NCBI GenBank assembly: GCA_010356995.1
Contig: ML996699.1
Coordinates: 278,323-321,394 of the forward strand
DNA from: Trichodelitschia bisporula
Taxonomy: Eukaryota
Direction: 5' to 3'
DNA length: 43,072 bases
Both the position numbers and the translations under genes were made by a program. The notes beneath the pieces are model-generated. The model was not told the origin of the DNA, did not search any database, and worked only from the letters and a program-made list of their open reading frames with translations. The stretch's first letter is position 1. Each line of letters begins with the position of its first letter. Positions 33,989-43,072 of this stretch are shown here, one piece after another.

Positions 33989-34806
33989 TTACTTTTCCTG
34001 ACGTTGCCACTCCGTAAGGAGTTTACGCCCCTGTTCCGCAAGCGTGGCATTCCTCACAAACGTATCGCTGCCTACCCACGCGAGATCAACCATACAAGCT
34101 GGAACCTCTACTACGTTGATTGACAGCGCCGGGAGAAGCCACTGAGTGGTCGACTGCAGTAGGCCAGCGTTTTCAGGCAAGATCTTGCCCGGCTGCGCAA
34201 CATGAGGCTCGAATCCCGCGAACTGCTTGGCAAGTTCCATGAGCCCGTTTTCGGCAAGACCCTGCGGCGGTTTAGAGGTGTTCGCGAAGCCGAATCGGGG
34301 GGGCTTCAAATCACCTTTTGGCGGCGCGAATCGGGGGTGGTCCACATGGGCTTCTCGACGTTGCGCTGCGCCATCAATCCGCTGCAGTACACGAAGCGGA
34401 AGCGCTTGTTCGGCGTCAGGGGCGTCAGCTTCGAGGCGAAAGCTCGGGCGGCTGCGAGTGCAAAGTCGACGTTGACTTTGTGGGAGTAGGCGACATCTCC
34501 GCCTAGCATGCGGACTGTGCCACCAATGCTCCTAAGACATTGGCCAACGGGGGAAACGGCAGAGCCACAGAGTCGGGAAGCATACCACAGGCAAGCTTCG
34601 GCGCCGGCAAGCTTTTCCATCAACTCATCCAGATACTGTGAGAAGTCGTGGCGGATCACGACTTGCACCTTTTCCGACGAGGCAAGCTCTTCTCAAGGCG
34701 CATGGCGGCCTAGTGCGATTATAGACGTGATACCGGGGTGATTGATGCATTGCTTGAGCATAGCCCCACCGACGAGGCCGGTGACGCCTGCTATGATGGC
34801 CTTCAT
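33989..34806 (-). pseudogene. NAD(P)-binding Rossmann-fold (atypical SDR/epimerase-like) gene with one in-frame TGA; exons 34806-34586, 34531-34315, 34261-33989
   Basis: MKAIIAGVTGLVGGAML (GxxGxxG)...GRHAP*EELASSEKVQV...LAGAEACLW|SIGG...FRFVYCSG...K|GLAE. The TGA is at 34695-34693 and the rest of the frame is intact (236 codons). Confidence 0.75.
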
Positions 34807-35833
34807 TGGGGGAAGATAGGGGACTATGGGGATATGCGTGGTGTTTCTGCACAGTTGAAGTGGCGTTGAGACTGCTTATGTCCGTCGTCTAAGATAAGGC
34901 GCCCCGTACTCACGATGAGTTGTTAGCGTACCTCGTATTGTCGTACAGATCGATGTGCAGCTGGGGTTCTCGGCTCCAGGCCAGGCGTCCCTGCAGGTTG
35001 GGGACTTGATATCCTATCATTCGAGCCTCGTTTATTGTGCAGACGATGATGCATGGAGGACGCCATGCCGAATTCTTCAGATGGTACGAATTCCTTAACT
35101 CTTACGACAAGCAGCCACGGTGACTTTAGCAAAACCGAAACCAAATCCTGGGGAACTGGAGGCGTTTGTGACGAGAGGTGAAATTGGAGGAGCTCAGGCC
35201 ATCACAGCGTGTGGCGTGCAGCATGTCTCTCATACTGAACAGACTTTCATCCAATGGCGGGGTCGAAAGCATCACCACTCATTTCTCCCCCGCGCAATGA
35301 CATATCGCACGCCTTAGGAAGATTATAGGCAATGGCGACTCTTTGTCGTCGGGTACCTAAAGGCTAGACGGGTAGCCGCTCTACTTTCCCGTTTGAAGAA
35401 GAATGGAGAGTGCATCAATTACCCGTAGTTCTAGAGCTGACATTGCAAAGCCAATTGCACCTAGCGTCAAGCAAGGAAGCCGAAAGGGGAGGATATGGGA
35501 AAGTTCAAAAGTCCGTCCGCGCGCACCCCTCCTCCAGTCCACTTTCCCCCTCTCTCTCCCCAAGATTCAGAGCTGTCATATTTCCCCTCCACCATGCTTC
35601 CTGTTCCGCCCGTTCCGCCCTTCCCCGCCAGAGCTCCCACTTCCCTTTCCGGTGTGGTAAGTGAAACGCCCTGCAGATGGATATACGCAGGGTCCAAAGG
35701 CCCCGTCGAGACACTACGGTACTGTAGTTCTAGTTCTATTATTCTGCACCCTTGTCTTAGGTCCCGGACCTGTGAGATCATCGATTCACCTCGGCCACCA
35801 GCAATCTCTAGTTCTACCGACTTCGCTTCCTCC

Positions 35834-35863
35834 CACCACCACCACCACCACCACCACCACCAC
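35834..35863. repeat. (CAC)n microsatellite, ~10 units, in the phytochrome leader region
   Basis: Read directly from the sequence. Confidence 0.9.
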
Positions 35864-36595
35864 TCCTCCTAGTAACGACGTACACGCATCCAAACACCCC
35901 TCACGACACGTATACGCCGCATACGCCGCACACGCCTCACGCGCGGCACCATACGAACGACCGAATACACACGAACTCTCTTGCCGCCTCACCCCTCCCC
36001 CCACCTCGTCCTTCCTTCACGCCTCTCCGCCCTCCCCGCAAAACAAATCCTTACGACTTCTATCGCAATACTCTTCCCCTGTCTCCTATCCTCTTGATAC
36101 CGATATAGAATCTTCATCATTTTAACTACCTAGTTCTTCAGCTCCGCGTCTTTCTCCTGGGGTGCATGGAAGGCGTCAAGCTTCCGACTTCTGTCTGGCC
36201 CTCTCCCCGCCCTCCACCCCCCCCCACTTTGTCCCTGATCGCAAGTGGCCTAGCCTGCCAAATATCCGAGTCTAATCGACGATTCGGCACCCTGTCTCGC
36301 CGTTGCCCTGCATCTTCTTCCCCAGACGCCCACATCAAAGCGTCCAGAAATATTCTGTAGCCTCCCAGCGTCGATCAGACTATCGTCGACCTATACTCTT
36401 AGGTAGATGTCGGTACCGCCTCACCTTTCTCCAGCCACCCTTCACTCGCGTGACTTCTCTTCCATACCTGGTTGATCCAGAACTACTGCCTCTTTCCCTT
36501 CCTTTGATTCCTGATTCCATTCGTCACCTACCCTGTTCCGCGTCTGCATGAACTCGCTTTAACGAGTTTCAGGTCTCCGATAGTTCTCCACGCTC

Positions 36596-39500
36596 ATGGA
36601 CCCTCCGCCTCCGCCTTCGTCATCAACCTCACAATCCGGGCGAGATGCTGAAACTCCCCCGTCACCTTCTACCCCCTCCAGCCAGCCGACCTTGGACCAT
36701 GGAAATGAACCAATTCATCGTCCACGCCTCTCCCAGGCATCTCTGTCCTGGCAAGGTCTGGAGAGCACAGTATTGAGTGCAGGTTTTAGTGCTGTCACCC
36801 CAGGCGGTACGAACCGGGTCTTCCCCATCAAAACCCTAGTGTCTGTAGCTCCGGATACGTCAAAATGGTCTCCAAGCACTGCGGGTGGGGCAAGGGACCG
36901 GAGTCAAGGTGGACCCTCAGGACAGGCATTGCCACAACAGGACGGCCCTGTGACGCCTGGGGTGCTGCATCGCCGGGGAAGTGTGGCGACGGATCTGAGC
37001 ACTTCGCAGCGCTTACCGGGTACCGCATTCAGTGAAATGTCGTCCAACCGGCCCGAGAGTGAGGCTATGGGCGAGCACATGAGCCACACGTCCGATTATC
37101 AAGCATCTTCGGCTGCCAGCATCAGATCGGACGACGATGGTCCAGTACTGACGGCGCGTTTCAAGCACGTCATCACGGAGGGAGGTCATGCTATCATCAC
37201 CGGCCGCGACGGTGAAGCTCTTCAGCGATGTGAGGACGAGCCGATCCACATACCTGGGGCTGTGCAATCGTTTGGACTGCTTGTTGCACTGCAAGAAGAG
37301 GAGGATGGAAAGTTTGTGGTGCGCATAGTGAGTGAGAACTCGAAGCGCATCATCGGATACACACCCATAGAGCTGTTTTCACTGGACAGTTTCACAGACA
37401 TCTTGTCTGAGGAACAGACAGACAATTTGCTCGACCATATCGACTTCATCCGCGAAGGAGACGCAGACGTTGTTACCAACGGGCCTGAGCTCTTCACTAT
37501 TTCCATACGGACGCCTGCGAGAAAGCGCAACAAGTTGTGGTGCGCAATGCACATCAACGAGAAGAATCCGGATCTCATCATATGCGAGTTCGAGCTCGAA
37601 GACGACACCACGAATCCTCTTGTTTCCAAGGTCGATGTGACACCCGACACTCCCGAAGACACACTCAGCAGTGAGCCGACGCCAGAAGAATTTGCTGAAA
37701 GCACACTGAACATTAGCCGGCCTCTGCGTATACTGCGCAGCGCGAGAAAACGGAAGGGAGAAGCGGCTGCAATGGAGGTCTTCAACATCATGTCGCAAAT
37801 CCAGGAGCAGCTTGCCTCGGCACCCACCTTGGACAAGTTTCTCAAAATCCTCGTTGGAGTCGTGAAGGAACTGACGGGCTTCCACCGCGTGATGATCTAC
37901 CAGTTCGACGCCAACTGGAACGGCCGCGTCGTGACAGAACTGGTTGACCCACGCGCAACAGTTGATCTCTACAAAGGCCTCTACTTTCCGGCGTCCGACA
38001 TTCCGAAACAGGCGAGGGACCTGTACAAAGTCAACCGTGTGCGCCTGCTCTATGACAGGGACCAGGAGACTGCACGGCTCGTGTGCCGCACGGCCGAAGA
38101 CCTCGAAACTCCCCTCGATCTCACCTACTCGTACCTCCGCGCCATGTCTCCTATTCATATCAAATATCTTGCCAACATGGCCGTGCGCTCATCCATGTCC
38201 ATATCCATTAACGCCTTCGACGAACTTTGGGGCTTGATATCGTGCCATTCATACGGACAGCACCCTATGCGAGTCTCCTTTCCCATCCGGAAAATGTGCC
38301 GCCTGGTTGGTGACACGGCTTCTCGTACCATCGAGCGCCTGTCATATGCATCCCGCCTTCAAGCACGAAAACTTATCAATACGGTCCCTACTGAGCACAA
38401 CCCATCCGGCTATATTGTCGCCTCCTCTGAGGACTTGCTGAACCTCTTCCATGCCGACTCTGGCTTGCTGTCAATTCGCGACGAAACGAAGATCCTTGGC
38501 CAGATTGAAGAGTCACACGAAGCGCTTGCTTTGCTCGAGTACTTGCGTATGCGGCGCATAACCTCGGTCGTCACATCTCAGGAGATATCACAAGACTTTC
38601 CGGACATGCGCTATGAACCTGGATTCAAAGTCATTGCCGGTCTCCTGTATGTGCCACTTTCAGCTGGTGGCATGGACTTCATCGTCTTTTTTCGGAAAGG
38701 CCAGCTCAAGGAGGTCAAATGGGCCGGCAATCCATATGAGAAGTTCGTCCGTGAAGGCACCGTTGGCTATCTCGAGCCTCGCACGAGTTTCAAGACCTGG
38801 CGTGAGACTGTCATTGGCAAGTGCCGAGAGTGGAATGAAGACGAAGTTGAAACGGCGACTGTTCTGTGTCTCGTCTACGGCAAGTTCATCGAAGTGTGGC
38901 GACAGCGCGAGGCTGCGCTCCAGAACTCGAAGCTTACTCGGCTCCTGCTCGCCAACTCTGCGCACGAGGTTCGCACGCCTCTCAATGCCATCATCAACTA
39001 TCTTGAAATTGCGCTGGAGGGCGCGCTCGACCAAGAGACACGAGATAATCTGGCCAAATCGCACTCCGCCTCGAAGAGTTTGATCTACGTCATTAACGAC
39101 CTCCTGGACCTCACCAAGGCAGAAGAGGGGGGCGAACTGGTCCGAGGTGAAGTGTTCGAGCTCGGTGCTACCATCGACGAAGCCACAACCCCTTTTGGCG
39201 CGGATGCGCGTAGGAAGGGCATTGATTTTGAAGCTACTCTGCATCCTGGACTTCCAGCACATGTTCTTGGTGACCAGAGGAAAGTCCGCCAAGCCGTCAG
39301 CAATGTCGTTGCCAATGCCGTTCAATACACGACAACAGGCGGAATACGCGTCCGTACGTATACCAAGGAGCACAGAGAAGGACGCGCAGATGTCGAGGTC
39401 GCAGTGGAGGACACGGGCGCGGGCATGACAACTAAGCAGTTGGACTCTCTGTTTCGAGAGCTGGAACAAGTCCACTCGGAAACCGAGTCACCGACTGATG

Positions 39501-41120
39501 GTCACCACCCACTACGCATCCTTGGCTCGGCAGCTTCCAACTCGCCTACTCAAGAACCCGAGATGCAACGGCGAACGCTCGGACTGGGACTCGCCGTCGT
39601 CGCTCGCATCATACACAACATGAATGGCCAGCTCAGGCTACAGTCTGAGCCGGGTAAAGGATCCATTTTCACCCTCACGTTCCCCTTTGACCTGCCCACC
39701 ACAGAGATCGTGGCTTATCCGCCGCAAACACCGTCTCTGGCTCCTCGGTCTGCCATAACGCCGAGCCTCGAGACCGCAGCCGAAGTAACTCTTGTTCGGT
39801 CCGCTGAGCGCTCCTCCATATCTTCGACTTCCACTCAAATTCCCATGCAGCGTAGCGGGAGTATCGAGAGCGCCAAGTCTGGAAAAACTGTGAAAAGCTT
39901 TGGCGGTAGACCTGATTCGAGAGCTAGCGTTAGCTCGCGCGGAGCGGGAGCGAGGAGTCCCAAGAGTCCGCGGAGTGAGGTGGATCGACTGATAGAGGCG
40001 ATCCAGGAACCACATCCCGTCACGGGGCGGAGCGGCCCGTGGGATAGAGCGGGAAGCGGAAGGGAGTTTCGGGCATCGTTGAGCTATGGAGAGGACGAGA
40101 AGGTCGTTCAAGGGCTTCGGAAGGTTAGGAGTCTGGAATGGATGGAGAGCAAGAGCAAAATATGGGATCCGTCTAAAAGCGAGGAACTCCCACATGTCTC
40201 CGCCATCAAGGTAGCAGACGAGTCCGCCAGTCCCACGGTCCCGACTAGCTCCAAAGCACAGAAGCCGCCAGTCAAGGACGATGTCAATGTCGACATCGAC
40301 GAGTTACGCAAAGAGGCACCCCTGAATGCAGACAACATGATGGTCCTTGTCGCCGAGGACGACCCGATCAACAGCCGCATCGTCCAAAAGCGGATGGAAA
40401 GCTTAGGCCACAAGGTTCGGCTGACGACCAACGGCGCAGAGTGTGCGGACGCCCATACCGATGATCCGAGCTCCTTCGATGTCGTCCTGATGGACATGCA
40501 GGTGCGTTGTATACAACTGTTAAAGCACTGTCGCTAATCAACAGATGCCTATCCTCGACGGCCTAGGCGCCACCAAGTCAATTCGCCGGTACGAGAAATC
40601 CCATACCCCAACCACAGTGCTTTCCAAGCGTGCCGAGCTCAACGGCCGGATCCCTATCATCGCTGTCTCGGCATCACTCCTCGAATCCAATCGTCAGATG
40701 TACATTGACGCCGGCTTCGACGCCTGGATTCTGAAGCCCATCAGCTTTGCGCGGCTGAACGAGCTGGTCCGAGGAATTGTAGACCCTAATGTGCGCAACG
40801 CGGCCGTGTACTCCCCTGGACCGAATAACTGGGAACGAGGAGGCTGGTTCCAGGCCGCGGAAACTAGGCTGACGGTTCGGGTGCGGGACCAAACGCAATC
40901 GGTCGATGAGACGCGGCCAGCGGGCGTGACGGGGCATTCTTCGTCTTCGACTATCCGGGTGAGTCACTCGTCGCCGGAGCTGGGGACCATGGGCTTCCCG
41001 GACGAGCCGGAGGAGTCGGACGAAGACCCATCTGTTGCTATTTTGTCCCTGGAAGATGTGAATGCGCCGAGTCCACGGATTGTGGATCCGGCGGATGATG
41101 TTCCGATCCTGGAGTTGTAA
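36596..41120 (+). CDS. fphA: Fungal phytochrome (PAS-GAF-PHY-histidine kinase-receiver), ~1493 aa; exons 36596-40501 and 40545-41120
   Basis: Bilin-binding Cys in QRCEDEPIHIPGAVQSFG; GAF PASDIP and MSPIH; PHY PRTSF; H-box AHEVRTPL; N-box NAVQYT; G1 DTGAGM; G2 GLGLA. The receiver AEDD...LMDMQ|MP spans a 43-nt intron at 40502-40544 (GTGCGT..GCTAAT..CAG). Confidence 0.96.
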
Positions 41121-43072
41121 TGATGCACGCGTGTGGTGGTTGTTTCTGTGGGTCTTTTGGCATTACTTGCGCTGCGCAATACCCTAATGCGCATATGCTT
41201 TCGGCAGTCTTTTTTTTGGATGGAACCCTGAGACCGCTTTGGCGTTCTTTGATGGCTGGCTGGGATGGGACTGTGCATTTTGGCTGAGGTGTGTGCCAAG
41301 AATTGAATGATGGAAGGCGCTTCCGAGGAGGTTTGGAGCTATCAGGTTTGGAACATCAACTGTTCATGCTCTTTCTCCGCAACACAACCTGGCGTTAACA
41401 TGGTCTGGCTAGACTGGAGACGGGAAAGATACACCGGCGTTCGTCCAGTTTTTCGGCAGTAGCTCGCTCGCTCTTCCCTCACCCTCGAGAGATCTCCTTT
41501 GTACAGATGGTGGCGCTTTGAAGACTGGATCATGGTAAACGAATGATGTAATGAGACACCGACCCAGTTCGCTCCTTGATCGCTCGATGTGCGGACGATG
41601 CTGGGATACCCATTTTGACGGCTGGGACATAGACTAACTGGGTTGCAGGGCGGTGGCTGTGCGACTGGTGATGGAGGCGAAGATACTACTTCTGACATGG
41701 CAAAGCTCACATTCATAGATTTGCAGAGTCCTTCCATACGCAGCGGACCGATGTTTCGTGGTGGTAACAGACATTTAAACGCGCGCTACCATTGACGTTC
41801 CTGTGCTGGCGGCTCACGTAGCTCAAATCGTATACCCCAGGCGTTCCGATACGACAGCATGACCACCGACAAAAAAGAGGAGCATAGTAGAACTAGAGCA
41901 TCGGAGTCCAAAAAGGCAAAAACATACAGCAGTCGGGATTCGCTGCTGGTCACCCACGCAACTACTAATCAACCGGTTTGCAGCTTAAACTTCAGTGAGC
42001 AGACGGGGACTGGTGCTTTCTACGACATGTGGTAGCATTTAGCTCGATCAGGCTTACCGCCTTCGGCAAACAATTAAGTATCAATATGGAGACTGCGCCA
42101 CAGCGACAATTCCCGACCTTGCGAGGCTTATATACAGTATGGCACTGAGCAAAACGCGGCGCGGCGGCGTGTGAGCTGGGTATCAATATGCTATTTCCGC
42201 AGGTAGGTTGACTGGTATGTTTTCTCCTTTCATTACATGAAATCACGTACGGAAGCTGAATGCTCTCCCCTAATTCAAGCCATTGTCCTGCCTTGCCGGA
42301 GCTTCGAAAAAGCAGATCGGCTGATTAAGTCATCGTAGGCTTACATTTAGGGCGTTCCAAGGCGTGCTCAGACTACGGCACGCGGCGGGAGAAGGGAAGA
42401 CAAGTTGAAGCAGTAGCAGGGGTGGCGCTGGTGGGATTGGTGGCGCCGGTAAGGATGGTGGCGCCGGTGGAGATGGCGCTCAAGAATCGGGCTACTTGCC
42501 GTCCGGCAAGAAAGTGCACCCGACTATGCGGGGCCGCAGATACTAGAGGAGTGATTGGACCTTGGCCTATTCCTCAAACTCTCACCCAGTCGCTATGCAA
42601 AATTCCTACTGTTTTCTGGGACCCAGGGTTTATTATCACTCCGCTGCACCTCACTCAAAAGAAGCAAAATGTTGAGCTGCGCCTGGCTTGGCGTTTTCTA
42701 ACCCGGTCTCCGCTAAGTTAAATAAAGCCTCATTGCTAGGCCCACTCCCCACACTCTCTCATTTTTAGCTTTGTCACGGAAAAATAGTTCAGTTTTTCAA
42801 GCAGCGCTAAGATGCCCGATATTCCAGGAAATATGAACATGGAATTGGAGCGCCTTCCTATTACCAGATGGGGTCAAGAAACCTTCACTGTATGCATGAA
42901 GTATAAGTCGAAGATAAATTCCTGGATCTGATACAGATTTAGGAGGTATGCGCACAGTCGATGGAAGTTGGACTGACTCGTTGATCGTGACTGCCGATAT
43001 AGGAAGTACGTGGACCTGTGTGACATGGACGAGATGCGATGGTTGCTGACCGTGGCCTGTTTGCTGGTGTAG

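Noticed and set aside
37222..40497. Long antisense ORFs within the phytochrome gene (and similarly within cdt2, cct5 and the Mks1-like gene)
   Set aside because: Shadow ORFs arising from codon bias of the sense CDS.
41810..41860. GTAGCTCAAATCG resembling a tRNA D-arm/A-box
   Set aside because: No D-stem partner, T-arm (GTTCRA) or acceptor stem.
1..43072. CRISPR arrays, rRNA, telomerase-template or intact transposase/reverse-transcriptase genes
   Set aside because: No repeat-spacer arrays, rRNA signature, TAACCCTAA template context or TE protein motifs were seen.

Overview
This is intron-containing, GC-rich filamentous ascomycete (Pezizomycotina-type) genomic DNA. Well-supported genes are: a Cdt2/DTL WD40 CRL4 adaptor (3221-5299 +); a DUF1752/DUF3295 (Mks1-like) regulator (18939-20656 +); chaperonin subunit CCT5 (nine exons, 31919-29042 -), head-to-head with an HP1/Swi6 chromo+chromoshadow gene (32337-33437 +); and a complete fungal phytochrome (36596-41120 +). 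There are also two disrupted genes: a ubiquitin-like/RING gene with an in-frame stop and a solo-LTR-like insertion, and a Rossmann-fold gene with one in-frame TGA. One hypothetical ORF and two long stretches with no recognisable gene (about 7.9-18.3 kb and 20.7-29.0 kb) complete the window. The most interesting signals are (1) the last two CCT5 introns, which are unusually long, strongly base-paired and share three ordered motifs (candidate intronic ncRNA pair); (2) a protein-like 63-codon uORF ahead of the Mks1-like gene; and (3) a nested-helix element at about 7930-8135. All gene models and RNA folds were derived by eye; no searches or folding programs were run.
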